From NCBI GenBank assembly GCA_951406725.2, contig OX597815.1, forward strand, positions 115,506,001-115,570,000: 64,000 nt of DNA. Direction: 5' to 3'. The DNA comes from Octopus vulgaris. Lineage: Eukaryota. A model generated the notes under the pieces. The model was not told the DNA's origin, made no database searches, and was given only the letters and a program-made list of their open reading frames with translations. A program made the position numbers and the translations under genes. Positions 12,270 through 25,527 of the stretch are shown in pieces (the stretch's first letter is position 1; each line of letters starts with the position of its first letter).

Positions 12270-12785
12270 GCTTAATAATTCTTTTTGGAACTGGATTGCA
12301 AAGCACATATAAAGATATAAATGATAGTGTATGAATATTAGATTAAAAACCCCTTTAGACAGGAAAAGTTGAAAGCTTCCTGTGGGACTCAAATCCATAT
12401 CTCCTGTAGACATGGCAGCTGTTCTACCATTGAATCAAAGCAATCCTTCAAATTTCTCAATCTGTTTTAGAAACTTTGTTCTTACCAGTGAGAATTGTAT
12501 GCTCTTGATTTCGTAATAATTTATAAACTTTCAAGGAAATGTGAAATAATTATCTTTGAAACTGGATCTCAGAGCACAGATAAAGCTTTAAATAAATAGC
12601 ATGTAAATATTAGTAGATGAGGGTTTGAATCCCATGGGCAGCATTTGACTTTTTCTATGCAAAAGGATTTTTCAACCCAATATTTACATGCTATAATTTA
12701 TAGCTTTATATTTGCTTCAAGATCCAATTCCAAATAGAATTATTTCACATTCTCTCGAAAGTTTATAAGTTCTTATGATGTCAGC
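12270..12785. mobile_element. Degenerate inverted/duplicated element with tRNA-like head
   Basis: 12505-12612 is the reverse complement of 12679-12785, and 12272-12340 is a direct copy of part of that arm. tRNA-like TTCAATGGTAGAAC..GGATTTGAGTCCC on the minus strand (12382-12434) and GGGTTTGAATCCC on the plus strand (~12621). Confidence 0.65.
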
Positions 12786-13283
12786 ATCTTGAAATATTTT
12801 TGGAACAGAAAGATCTAGCTATAGCCCCTTTCTTGTTTCAGAGTTAACTCCCTGTAAACCCTACATCTTACATCATTATTTTTCTTCTCTTTATTACTTT
12901 CTAAAGTGAATTAAGAAACAATTCTCTTGGTTTCATATAATATTTCAGTAATAGACCCTTTGATTATATGTTTGTTGTGTATGTGTTATCGTTCTTTCTT
13001 TAGTTTCATTAAATGTCTAGTTTAGAGGGGAGTAAATTTCAGGTTGGACTTATATAGCCAGATGTACTTCCTGGCACCAATCCTTAGTTGTTTTTTATGT
13101 AAAAGATTTTATATTCTAGATGAATTTGAAATAACAGAGCTTGTGGATGATTTGTTAACAGTAAACTTTAACTAACTTCACTGATTGTGGGCCCTACCAC
13201 AGAAGGTGACATCACTGTCCACACACATAGCATAGTTTAGTAAACATTCACACAGACCCACATGCATACATACATATATGTAT

Positions 13284-13332
<49 letters not shown>

Positions 13333-15347
13333 TCATCCACATAAATATAGGTGTACCAATATGAGAAAAATACTGAATGCATTAGTAGTGTTTATTAGTT
13401 TAAAGATGCCGATTCACTCTGATACTACTTCAAGCAGTGATAGAGTGCTCATCAGCTTTGTGTGTGCGTGTGTGTGTGTATTTATACATGCATATATATA
13501 TTATTTATTACTAGTTTCTTGCATTTTCTTTTATACCAATGTTTTTTTAATGCAATCTTGTATTCAAATATTGAGCACCTCTTTGATTTCCAAATTTTTC
13601 TCTTGTTCTAAAATATTTTTTCTCTCGCTTTTCTTATTCATGAATATTTACAGTTTATAGTTTGCTTAGTGTTATCTTACTTAATTTTTCTGTTCTTAAA
13701 TTGGATATTTTTCTCTGTTGATATAGTTCCAGCTTGTACTTTTTCTCCCCTATCCCTAAACTAGTAAATATTGGTGGAGTTCATATATCATTTGTATTTT
13801 TATCCCTAAATTGCACATGATTAAAAAAAAAACAGAGCTACAATTCTAAAATCCTTTTTATAAATTATGGCGAACACGATTGAGAAGGAGGTAAGCATCT
13901 GATTAACAGATTCTGCAGCCTGGTGTCAACTTGTGGTAGGAGCCATTTGATTTCACTTAAACTGCTAATGCCCTTTTAAAGACATGACTGTAATAAGATT
14001 TATTTCCCTGTTCTATAGTGCAATTTTACCTTATCAAAATGTAGTAATATTTATCATTCTATAAAATACTAATATTCAATGAGATATTTGATCAAGTAAC
14101 TTTATTGTTTTTAATTATCTTTGATTTTAGTACTTGGTTCTCTCAAAACATCATTCATGTGTATTTTGCTCATCATACAATTAAATTTATTTTTCACTTT
14201 TCTCTTATGGAAAAGACCAACTTCAGTTTTAATTTTCTTTTAAATTTTCAGTTTATCAATTTCTTTCTTTTAAGTTAATAACTAAGTTTTCATTATGTTT
14301 TATAGTGATACAATAATCATTTTGTTTTTTAGTATTTTTTAATTAATTTTTTTAAATAGTTCAGTTTTTATTTTCTTTTTAGGTGATATGAAATTTCCTT
14401 ACTTGAATTTAACTCACATCTAAGTTGTGTAATATAAATTTTCGCTGTAGTTTTTGTGTATGTGTGCATTTGTTTTGTTTTTTTTAACATCCCCTCTTTA
14501 TTATCCCATATATACTTAGATGGAAAACATAATGCACCAGTAGTTTATATTTTCCAGATGCTGTCAAAAGACATTCATACCAATTCTATATGGATGCTGT
14601 ATACACAAGACTTAATTATTATAAACTTCATTTTTTTTTTACTTGCAGAAGAGGAACATATTTCCAGTTTAATCAATAGACATTAATAAGTAAACCTGAT
14701 AAGTGCAAATAAATATATATAGTTAATAATAAATTTGTATAATTTGGAGAGCTATATTCTAATCATGGTACTAAACTTACACATCTAGAAATATATTTTG
14801 ATATATTTTGTGTATATATATATATATATATACGTGTGTGTATGAGTGTATTAAAATATCATATAAAGTTTTCTTTATTTCAACTATCATGTATAGACCG
14901 TTTCATTTTCCTATTTTTTTTTTCTTTTGTGTCTCAGTACTTGGTATTTTTGTTAAATATATATTTCAATATTTCTTAGAACTTTCTCTTATGTTTCTTC
15001 ATATTTTGATGATTTTCCTTCCATCAAAAAAATATAGCAAGTATCACATATCCAAATTTTACATTTGAACACTCAAGAATGTTGGACTTACATTTTTGTG
15101 CTTTGAAATGGACTGGTTTTATTTTCCTTTTTTTTTTTTCCTTTTTTCTTTTTTAGTTTATATGAAAGGTTTTCTGGATTATCATCATAAAATAGAATGT
15201 TTTATTATCACAATTGGAATTTTTTTATAGTAATTAACAAAAAAATATTATCATATGATTGTTAACATCATTAGAATGTTACTAGTAATTTATCGAAAAG
15301 TGTCTTTTGATCAGTGCAATTTAACATGTAAATTTCCCTTCCCATAG

Positions 15348-15470
15348 GGAGAAGACTAGCCCAAGGTCGCCAGAAATTACTGAAGCATTTTAGACGAAGT
15401 TCTGGTCCTGGGCATAATTCAAGTTTCCGTCACAATAGGAGTTTCCGGTTGAAAAGGCAAGAAGGCGGGA
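15348..15470 (+). CDS. unc80: UNC80 internal exon (RRLAQGRQKLLKHFRRSSGPGHNSSFRHNRSFRLKRQEGG)
   Basis: ttcccttcccatag acceptor, GTAAGT donor, 123 nt, phase 1-1; splices in frame to the next exon; resembles the GRRLAxGRxRLLK segment of invertebrate UNC-80. Confidence 0.85.
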
Positions 15471-15789
15471 GTAAGTACATAATTTTTTTTCCTCTTTCCA
15501 GGTTTTTCATATTTATTGATCTAAAGTAACCCATGGTAACCAATTTGTTATGGAGAAAGGAACAAGGCAAAGATAGGATAGTTAATGTTTAGTTTTAAAT
15601 TATATATTATTGGTCAGTTTTTAACATTGATTCAAAAATGGTGGTGTTACCATCTTCCCTAGGAAGCAATAAGATAATGTAGGGGCAATTAGATTTATGG
15701 GATTTTCAGGTCAACCAAAAGCCTTATGGGTGAAATATTGGAAATGAAAGCTGAGTAGAAATTTATCAGAGGGACCATGCCTTATCTTG

Positions 15790-16990
15790 AGTAGCAGCTT
15801 TAATTCATCACTCTATTTAATACCACAATCCAGCACATGGATGGCTTTAGTTGAGTCTGTTCTGTTGAAAGTATTCAAGCCAAGTTTGAAATGTGAAGAT
15901 AACATCTTCTCACCTGTTACAGAAGCCCTGTGAAGAGTTATGAGTGCTACCCTTTCTCTTCTGACTAAGTCAGTAAAAATAAAAAAAAAGAATTTATTAG
16001 AGGATTTTATCTTACCTTGACAGATCCATCAACAACAACAGAGTCAGAGACTAAGGACCTGACAACAGGATAGAAAAGGTTTCTGCTACATTCAGCTAAC
16101 TTTTCAAATGTGTAAGAGTAAGAAGCATTCTCATACTACCAAGAGAATGTTTTGTAATTCTAGCACAATCTCTCTTTTTTATATGACTGAGAGCAGTGGC
16201 ATCTAAAAACAGCCAAGAAGAGAAAGTTGATTTACTAGAAATAGTCAAATCTCATTCAGGTTACATCCTATTATCATAAAAAAAGGATGGACATCATTTA
16301 TTAGTTTTCTCTTCCACTGTTTGATTAAAAGTTGGGTGATGATGGCTGGAAAACTTTTGTTCATTGTTTTGCTTAAATAAAAATGCAGATCTCTTTGCAA
16401 AATCCAGGACATTCTAGATGTAAAGAAGCAGGTCGAGCAACAACCATTGTTCGCAATGGTAAGTAAATGAGATATCACTTGTCTGGGTGATATTACACTA
16501 CAACCATCAACTAGATCTGCAAACCAAGTCAAATAATTGTATGTGAATAGACAGATTAAAATTACACCAGTGAAGGGACTGGCATGAGATAACCATTATG
16601 GATCTCTGGACAAAGATTATATGTTGAACTAACATGATAAAGACAGCCATTGACTGAGATCTTTGACTGCCTCCTCTTAAATATGAGTCCAAATTAATTT
16701 TTGATGATTATTGGGAAATATGTGACATCTTTTCATGTTCAGAATTGCTGAAGCATGGAATAAACTACCTGCATCAATTGTTAGTTGTCATGCCACTATG
16801 TTCTTCAGATCTTCTATGCTTCCTGAAATTTATGAACATTATGTGCAATACCCACTCCACACTTTTTCTTTTAACAACTCATTCAATGTTTCCTTCATGT
16901 GCATTATTCTGTGTTCTGTTCATGCACTTTGAGTTACTTTTTCTGATGAGTTGTAGTGCACCTGACCACTGTATGCAATAAGTTCATTGT
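15790..16990. mobile_element. Degenerate CR1/L2-type LINE with inverted 5' part
   Basis: Plus-strand 3' end FRIAEAWNKLPASIVSC (16735-16800) plus UTR and (TTA)n tail; upstream minus-strand RT-like debris ending in ..WFAD... Confidence 0.55.
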
Positions 16991-17750
16991 TATTATTTTT
17001 ATACCTGTCAATGATAACCTAAATAATCTTACAATGTTATTTTATGATATTCAATCACAATTTCAAGACAATGAATGCTGCAATGAAGGTACATGGCTTT
17101 GTGGTTAGGGTATTACACACAGGATCATAAGATTGTGGTTTCACTGCCCAGACTGGGCAGGGCATTCTGTTTCTGAGTAAAATGCTTCATTTCGTATTAC
17201 TGTAAATGAGTTTCTGCAAAAGTTATGAAGTCAGTCCAGTGACAGACAAACCTCCAATTTAGGATGGGTAGTGTTGTAATCTGAACTACTTATATGTCTT
17301 GGAAATTAGGTTTATCTCTGGTCTCATGAGTCCTAGAGATCACAACAGATTTAAGTTGCTGCAATATTAAATATCTCCTTACAAATCAATAGCAGAATTA
17401 TTTCCAATTATTTCTTCAGCCAAAATAGAGCTAAAATTCAGGACAATTATTAAGAAAGATATAGTCGATCAAACTGACCCTTATGTGTGAAATGTGAAAT
17501 TATTACCAGAAAAATTTTTAATCTGAGATGGGCTGACACAGACTAAGTCTGGTATTGCAACATTCTTTCAACTTCATCATTCCTTCTCTTTTAATTAGTC
17601 TCTTTTTTCAGCATAGGACATGGGACCAGCATTTCTAAAGGAAGGATATAGAATTAATGCCAATATATAATCGGCACTTATTTTATTAGGTTTTTCTCTC
17701 CTTAAAAAGATTACTATGTGATTTTGCATTGAATATTTCTTATATACATA

Positions 17751-17781
<31 letters not shown>

Positions 17782-18112
17782 TGCACGTGTGTGTGTGTGT
17801 GCATGCAAATGTGTATCTTGTTTTCATATGCACATGTATGTATATGTAAACAGAACATTGAATACCTCACTGTGCTGATGAAATTTGTGCACACTACTGT
17901 GCAGATACTGAATTAATTGACAATTAAAAACAAAATGTGCATTCTATGCCATATGAAATGTGGAAAATTCCATTAAGTACGCCACTATCAAAAATGATTT
18001 CACTCAATTTCTATGTCTTATAAAATGGCTTTGTGCCAAAATTAGAAAAAAATATTACTCATCTACTTATTTAACTTATAACAACAGGGTGTTACGTCAT
18101 TACACCATATAT

Positions 18113-18527
18113 CTTTTATCTTTTACTTGTTTCAGTCATTTGACTGTGGCCATGCTGGGGCACCATCTTGAAGGGTTTTAGTTGAATGAATCAAATCCAG
18201 GACATTTTTTTAAAGCCTGCTACTTATTCCATCAATATCTGTTGCTGAACTACTAAGTTACAAGAACGTAAACACACCAACACCAGTTGTCAAATGGTGG
18301 AGGGATGCAAACAAACAAACACATGCACACACACACACACACAGATATATACATCTATATATGACAGGCTTCTATCAGTTTCCATCTACCAAAATTCAAT
18401 CACAAGACTTTAGTCAGCATGAAGCTATAGAAGAAGACACTTGCCCAATGTGCCATGCAGTGGCACTGAACCTGGAACCATGAAGTTGAGAAGCAAGCTT
18501 CTTCCCACACAGCCATGCCTGTGCCTA
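18113..18527 (-). mobile_element. tRNA-derived SINE, family 1
   Basis: Reverse complement of the 1678-2085 element. Confidence 0.85.
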
Positions 18528-18574
18528 TATATGTAATAATTAGAATGGTTGTAATTGGAATGTATTACAATCCT

Positions 18575-18787
18575 TTCTATTATAGGCATAAGGCCTGAAA
18601 TTTTGAGGGAGGGGGCTAGTTGATTACATCGATCCCAGTGCTCAACTAGTACTTATTTTATCAACCCTGAAAATATGAAAGACAAAGTTGACCTCAGCAG
18701 CATTTCAACTCACAATGTAAATACAGATAAAATGCTGCTAAGCATTTTGTCTAGCATGCTAATGATTCTGCTAGCTTGATGCCTTAT
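18575..18787 (-). mobile_element. SINE, family 2
   Basis: Reverse complement of 29455-29670; ends about 80 bp upstream of an unc80 exon. Confidence 0.85.
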
Positions 18788-18870
18788 TAGAATATCTTTA
18801 ATGTATGCTTGCTCACACACACACATGCACTCAATACATTTATTGAAACCTTTCTTTGATTGATTGTCAG

Positions 18871-19070
18871 GTATCAAGCGGTTTGGAAGCATACGTTCCA
18901 GAAAGATTAGTAGTCAGTCTATCCGGTCAGATAAAAAGTTTTTAGAAGAGGAACAAATGGAAGGCGGTGATTCACAACAAGCTACTAGTGACCATGAAGC
19001 ACAAGAAAGTCATACTGATCAAGATGCCTACGACGAGAAAAACTTGGGTCAAAATATGCCATGGATTAAA
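18871..19070 (+). CDS. unc80: UNC80 internal exon (IKRFGSIRSRKISSQS...DEKNLGQNMPWIK)
   Basis: gattgtcag acceptor, GTAAGA donor, 200 nt, phase 1-0; NMPWIK aligns with human NMSWLH. Confidence 0.92.
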
Positions 19071-19182
19071 GTAAGATGACATCAATTGAATGTTTTGCAA
19101 TGATTTTATAGAAATCTTTTTTATAAATTGAATATATCATTGAATTTATCTATAGATGTATGTTGAACTTTTATTTCTATGA

Positions 19183-19476
19183 GGGCACATGACCTAATGG
19201 TTAGGATGTTACACTCTCAATCGCAAGACCATGGTTCCAATTCCTGGACCAGGTGGTGTGTTGTGTTCTTGAGAAAACTCTCCATCTCATGTTGGTCTGT
19301 GATCACTTCAACACTTGATGTACAGTACAGTGTGCACCTGTACAGGCAATGTTGATTTGATGGAGGGAGTGAGCTAATGTATAACACATACATTTGATCA
19401 TCGTTAACAAATCATCTGGTGCAGGTTGTTCAGCAAGAAATTGCAGAACCACCTTTCTCACACTACAGCAGACTAC

Positions 19477-19530
<54 letters not shown>

Positions 19531-19550
19531 TATTACCATCATCATCATCA
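19183..19550 (+). mobile_element. tRNA-derived SINE, family 3, with (CAT)n tail
   Basis: Head GGCACATGACCTAATGGTTAGG..GGTTCCAATTCC, body GTTGTGTTCTTGAG; related copies at 11100-11380(-), ~17090, ~29055 and ~49005. Confidence 0.75.
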
Positions 19551-19937
19551 TATCTTTGTTTTTTCATCATTAAAGGTTAAAATAGTTTAACATTAAACTG
19601 AATTGTTTCTCAGAAGTTTTAGTTGTAGTACATATTTAGTAACATTTAAGAAGGGAAATGTTTTGACTTGCTTAGCTTCATCAAACTGCATATGTGTGTG
19701 TGTATGTGTGTATGTGTGATAGAGAGAGAGAGAGAAAGAGAGCATCAGTTTCATCATCATTTAGCATCCCTATTCCATACTGGCATGCTTCAAAATCAGT
19801 TTCTGTCTAAACCATGCTAGAACAGACATTAAAACAAGCACCATTAATATTGTTGATTCAGTGTATTGTGCACTAACACCAGTCAGTATTGTTGTTTTAT
19901 TTTATGTAATGAATTTCTTTCTTCTTTTTTTTTTCAG

Positions 19938-20150
19938 ATTGTTGTCCAACTTGCCAATTTGTCTAATTTCATTTGTACTCACCAAAATTATTGTCACCCA
20001 TATTGTTATGAGCGACAGCGGCGCAGCTGTTCACGCTTAATCACAGCAGTGAATAAAATATATGAATCTGTAAAAGAAGTGGAAGTGAAGAAACCTCATA
20101 AAGTAGTTGATTTGAGTTCTACATTGCAGAAGGATAAACTCAAAAGAAAA
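19938..20150 (+). CDS. unc80: UNC80 internal exon (IVVQLANLSNFICTHQNYCHPYCYERQRRSCSRLITAVNKIY...KLKRK)
   Basis: Poly-T-cag acceptor, GTATGT donor, 213 nt, phase 0-0; conserved FICTHxxYCHPxCY..RSCxRL motif of UNC80. Confidence 0.96.
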
Positions 20151-21468
20151 GTATGTTCTTTACAAATAGTAAATATATAGCAAGGATGACAATGTATTCT
20201 TTACATATTGATTTTATTTATGCAGTCTTTATTGTATGTATGTGTATCTATGAGTTAAATCATGTGTTTTCCAATATACAAGTCAATGAAGTGTGTATTG
20301 TAACCATGAACTGTAAGCATTCAAACATCATCATCACGACTACCTTTCCAAATCCTGCTACATTTCACATGGAATTTTTGGTCCTTCAAAGTCATCTTAG
20401 CATATAAGTCAACCTACCTTTTTCGTTGTAAGTTTTGGTCTAGAAAATTCAACTTATATGCTGGAAAATACACTTTTATGCTATTGGAACATCGGAAGTC
20501 TTCTTCCTCATGTAGTAATTCAAATTAAGGCATATTTGAATATTGGACGATCTTCTCAAGATCCATGAAATGATGTGTACTTAGCACAGCAAATTAAGGA
20601 AGCAGTCCCCAATTATAAATTCCTGAGTACTTTCTTTAAAAATACTGCACTTCTTCCACTTCCTAGGTATGGTTAGTACAGTCATGATGAAACAGGTTAT
20701 ACTAAACCGTTTTCTCCTCCTCCCCTAATGCATTCTATATTCAATTAATTTTCATTCATTTAAATTCTATTGTTGCTTCCCCTGCCAAGTCTTTTAGATA
20801 ATCACTTTCATTCATCACTGCATTAAGCATATTAGCATCCAGTTTACTACTAAACCTGTCAATTCAGTTAATTGTAGCTCTTATCATAGGATGTTTTATT
20901 TCCCAAATTATTTTGTAATAAATTTAACTACTGCAGTTTTTGTGGTCAGCAGTATTCATTAATGCATAATCAATCCTATCAATAGCTCATAAAGGATAAG
21001 GGTGCATATGAAAAATGTAATGGTTACACACTTCTTAAAGATATTTTTGCATAACTGAAAATGAAATCACTTCTCATTAGAAGTAAAAAACAGGTCACAG
21101 ATTTATTTTTTGTGATCTATAATTCATGTAAATTACAAAAAAGAAATTAAATTAAAACAGGTAGAATATTTGAGCCTGATATGATCAACTCAAATGCCAA
21201 TGGGTTAAGAGACATGTTAAAGAAATTAGTCTATGTTATTTTACTTAATTGTTAAGACTGACATGTTCCCTTAAAAATGCTTGTAATTCCAGTAAATCTA
21301 GAACTTTGCAGAAGCTACCTATTCATGCAATTTGTAAAAAAATTGGTTTAAAAGTTATTTTTATAGTGTGTTTGTGTTACATTATATAAAATATGGGCTT
21401 TATTTTACCATAAAATCTTGGTTTAAATTTAATTTACTTATGATAATTGCCATGTTTGTCTTTTCCAG

Positions 21469-21651
21469 GAGTCCCTTTTTCAGCAAGCATCACCCACACG
21501 TAGAAGGGAGAGTACTCCTCTCCTTGAGAAAATTAAATCAGACGTATCCCTCTCTAAATTAAAATTAAGCTCTCCACATTGGAAGAAAGAAGAAAAGCCA
21601 CACAAGGCAAAAGCTGAACCATTACCAATTGTTAAATATATCACCACTCAG
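21469..21651 (+). CDS. unc80: UNC80 internal exon (ESLFQQASPTRRRESTPLLEK...PLPIVKYITTQ)
   Basis: tttgtcttttccag acceptor, GTAATT donor, 183 nt, phase 0-0; IVKYITTQ aligns with human MLKYIRLQ. Confidence 0.92.
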
Positions 21652-21899
21652 GTAATTACCATCAATGAAATTTTTACTTCCCACTTTCGTATTATAGCAC
21701 TATTAATCTTATCATTTGTACTTGTGCCCTAAGAAGAATGGCACCTCTCTTTATACTCACAAGCCCTCTTCAGTTAGAATCATAGAAAGCATGAGAGAGA
21801 TTGTTGTAGTTAAAAAATAAAACTTGACAATTAATAGTTAGCAATTTTGTAGAAGCATTTAGGTCAAAAGAAAACTTGTTAGCCCACCATTCTGTGAGA

Positions 21900-22652
21900 A
21901 AAACAGCACCATGATGCATTTCACTCTGCCAGATATTTGGAAACGACATGCTTTACTGCTTGGCATTTGCATCGGAAGCTCCAATATGAACATTTCAGAG
22001 TGTTTGAGTGTCCGCCTGAGGACATGTACTGAGAGTGATAAAAATCAAACTTCTAGTCAACATCAAGGTGTTTAGAGTGATCACTAGTGATGACGATGTT
22101 ATGCCTCCATTCATCTTCCCACATGGCCTCAGACTCAACACAGAGGCCTACATCAAGTACCTGGGGGAGATAGTGCTGCCCTGGGTCAAGAGGGTGGCAG
22201 CTAGAAGACCCTGTGTCTTGCAACAGGACTCTGCACCATACCACACAAGCAGGAGAACCAAGTCATGGCTGTCAGACAATTTCTGCGACCACATCACCCT
22301 TAACATCTAGCCACCTAACTCCCCAGATTGCAACCCCCTTGATTATTATGTGAGGGACACAGTTGAGCAAAAGACCAACAAAACTCCTTGTAACACCAAA
22401 GATGACCTGAAGGCAAAGAATTATGGCAGCATTCACCAACTTAAACAAGGAGACTGTTCAAAAGAGTTGCAGGAGATTCCGAAGTCATCTGGAGGCCATG
22501 GTTGAAGCCAATGGCAATTTTATTGAATAAGTTTACTCTTTAGTATTTCAAAATATTTTTTGTAATTTTGGTAAATATATTTGTTAAAATGAGATGTCAG
22601 TGTTATTTTCATTTTTGCATAATTTAGAAGATAGTTTATTCACTGCATCCTG
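21900..22652 (+). mobile_element. maT/DD37D (Tc1-mariner superfamily) internally deleted transposon
   Basis: MPPFIFPHGLRLNTEAYIKYL..QQDSAPYHTS..(W>*)PPNSPDCNPLDYY..LEAMVEANGNFIE*; ends ..CATCCTG-TA. Confidence 0.8.
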
Positions 22653-22726
22653 TATATACACATATACATATATAAAATAGGTAGATAGATACATACATAC
22701 ATATATACATACATATGCACATATGC

Positions 22727-23550
22727 TGAATTATTGAGAAATCTGCAGTTACTCTATTCAAATTACAAGTTCAGGTTTATACCTGTAATTATTGGGGCAC
22801 TGAGACATGTAGGACACTGTAAATACCAACCTTGAGAAATTAGGCTTCCCAAAACCAGAAAGGAGAAAGTTGCTTCGAAGACTATAGATCCAAGCCATCA
22901 CTAGAACTGTAAAAATATGTAAAACTTTCCAGAAGTTTATCATTCAAGTATATATGAGCATGTCTAGATATGCAAGTATATGCATGAGAAGACATACATA
23001 AAACAAAACATACAAGTCTGCACATGTACATACATTTGTTATACAGATTTTTACAGTTTCAGTGATGGGTTGGATCTGTAGTCTTCGAATACATACATAC
23101 ATACAAAAATACTCTGTTGTTGATGTTGGAATTTAAATGAAGGAGCTTTGGATCTAGGTTAGAAACCAGCTCTTTCTCTATTGACAAGAAATCTTAAAAT
23201 AAAACTGAATAATGACATGCATGCATGCACACACATGTGCATGCACACACACACACACACACATGCATACATACATACATAGATATCCAGCCCATCACTG
23301 GAGCTGTAAAAATTTGTAAAACTTTCCAGAAGTTTATCATTCTAGTATATATGAGCAAGTCTAGATATGCAAGTATATGCATAAGAAGACATACATGAAA
23401 CATAACATACAAATCAGCACATGTACACACATACTAAAATACCCTGTTGTTGATGTTCAAATTCCAATGAAGGAGCCTTGGATCTAGGTTAGAAACTGGC
23501 TCTTTCTCTATTGGCAAGAAATCTCAAAATAAAACTGAATAATGACATAA
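22727..23550 (+). mobile_element. 3' end of RLE-type (R4/Dong/NeSL-like) non-LTR retrotransposon, with duplicated and inverted segments
   Basis: ELLRNLQLLYSNYKFRFIPVIIGAL..NLEKLGF..TVKICKTFQKFII. 22885-23030 is repeated at 23285-23430, 23105-23215 is repeated at 23437-23548, and 22875-22917 is inverted at 23048-23089. Confidence 0.75.
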
Positions 23551-23577
23551 ATACATCCATACATGCATGCATGCATG

Positions 23578-23609
<32 letters not shown>

Positions 23610-23684
23610 CAGACAGACAGACAGACAGACAGACAGACTCAGTCACATACACACATATTTATTTATTTATTGTGATATTTTTGT

Positions 23685-23990
23685 GAAAGACATCACACAA
23701 GTGATTAGCAGTTGCTCAAAGTTGCCGTCAAGGTACTACCAACCTATGCGACACGACATTGTCACAAAAACAATATACAATGCCATTTGGGAAAAAGACT
23801 GTCCTAGAATAAACATGAAGAATCAACCTGTTATTGAATACATGCACAAACACCAAGTCAAGGAATACTGGTGGAACATTCCTAACAAAACATCTCTCAA
23901 GTGTAAGCATAACAGGCTGGATATTGTTCTTTGGGACAGAAGAAAAAGTATATACCATCATAGAGGTTAGCTGTCCTACTGATGTAAATT
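23685..23990 (+). mobile_element. RLE-type non-LTR retrotransposon endonuclease fragment
   Basis: ITQVISSC..YYQPMRHDIV..YWWNIP..KHNRLDIVLWD..IIEVSCPTDVN, i.e. the CCHC/RHD/PD-(D/E)xK restriction-like endonuclease region. Confidence 0.8.
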
Positions 23991-23999
23991 AATGAATGT

Positions 24000-24420
24000 T
24001 TGACAAGTTGACAGACTTGAACATGTGAACTAAAGATGAGGCTTCAGTTATGTACAACTTCATTGTGGTTAGTAGTATTAAAGCAGATGTTGGAACAGAT
24101 GATGGGAAGAGAGTTCTATAGATAACATTCAGGCTTGTCAGTAGGAAATATGTCATAATTGATAGTTAGGTTTATGAGAAGCGGAAGATCAGTTGCTGAA
24201 GGATACTTGCAATGCTAAGGTTTCCATACCAGGTTGGGACATGTAAGTTGATGGGAAACCTAAGACCAATTGTAAACATTGAATTCTCCAAATAAAATTG
24301 TCTCATAAAGACAAAAATATCTCATTGATGATCTCAACACAAGAGAGAAATAATCGAAGAAATCAGAAATGGAATCTAAATTGATTTGAATATGATGGTG
24401 AAAGAAAAAGCAACATATGG
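24000..24420 (-). mobile_element. Degenerate LINE APE endonuclease fragment
   Basis: ..DFFDYFS..ETILFGEFNVYN resembles the I.GDFN.H motif of APE domains. Confidence 0.45.
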
Positions 24421-24921
24421 ACAGTGTTTCGACCTGCTTCTTTTCAGGTGTATATAACATTTAAAATGATTTACACTAGGCTAGATAGAACCAAAAAGTT
24501 ATCAAAAGCACAAATACAACTAGATCTAAAGCATATTTTTCTTTGACCTTTGAAAAGATTATTTAAAATAAATGACTTAATCCTTTAACTGTGTTGTTAA
24601 ATTTCATGGTTATTCCAGTAGTGATGTTAAGTATTTGCCAAATGAATAGAGTTGGTATTTTCTGTATATCATTTTACCTCAATAAACTTGACATATCTCA
24701 GCAAAAAATAGTTTAAACATAAAATTTCTCAACAAAAGGGAGATTGATACACAAAACTGCTTTCTGCAGCCAAGGGTGATAAAAGTTTGAGTAGATATAT
24801 CTGATTTCTACAGTAAAAGGGTTGATTACATTGCAGGCCAAATAGATAAAATATTGAACTAAGACCACAAGAGTCAGAAGTCTTACATCAGCATTAGTGA
24901 GTGTATCTCTGAGTAGTTACT

Positions 24922-25350
24922 CTTTACTCTTTTATCCTTTCGCACATTCCAGTCTTTGACTGTGGCCATGCTGGAGCATTGCCTTTAGTCAAAGAAATCG
25001 ACCCCCAGGACTTATTCTTTGTAAGCCTAGTACTTATTCTATCAGTCTCTTTTGCTAAAATGGTAAGTTTCAGGGACATAAACACACCAACATTGGTTGT
25101 CAAGCGATGGTGGGGAGGGAAGGGGGACAACCATTGACACAAAGACACACACACATAAATATATGCACATATATATATATATACATACGATGGGCTTCTT
25201 TCAGTTTCCGTCTACCAAATCAACTCACAAGGCTTTGGTTGGCCCAAGGCTATAGTAGAAGACACTTGCCCAAAGTGCCATACAGTGGGACTGAACCCAG
25301 AATCATGTGGTTGGGAAGCAAGCTTCTTACCACACAGCCGTGTCTGTGCC
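24922..25350 (-). mobile_element. tRNA-derived SINE, family 1 (well preserved)
   Basis: Reverse complement of 1678-2085 with (TTTACTC)n-like tail. Confidence 0.9.
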
Positions 25351-25527
25351 TACTTATTCTATGTACATCAATTTACTTAGCTTTCATCAACAGGGACCAC
25401 AACTCTAAAAGAATTTACTTGCAACAGTGCTTGTCTCTTGTGAATTCTATGGATCTCAAAATTACATAAAAAGATTAACATTTTTCTAATTATTGTACTG
25501 TATCTTCCACCAAATGTTATGATGACA

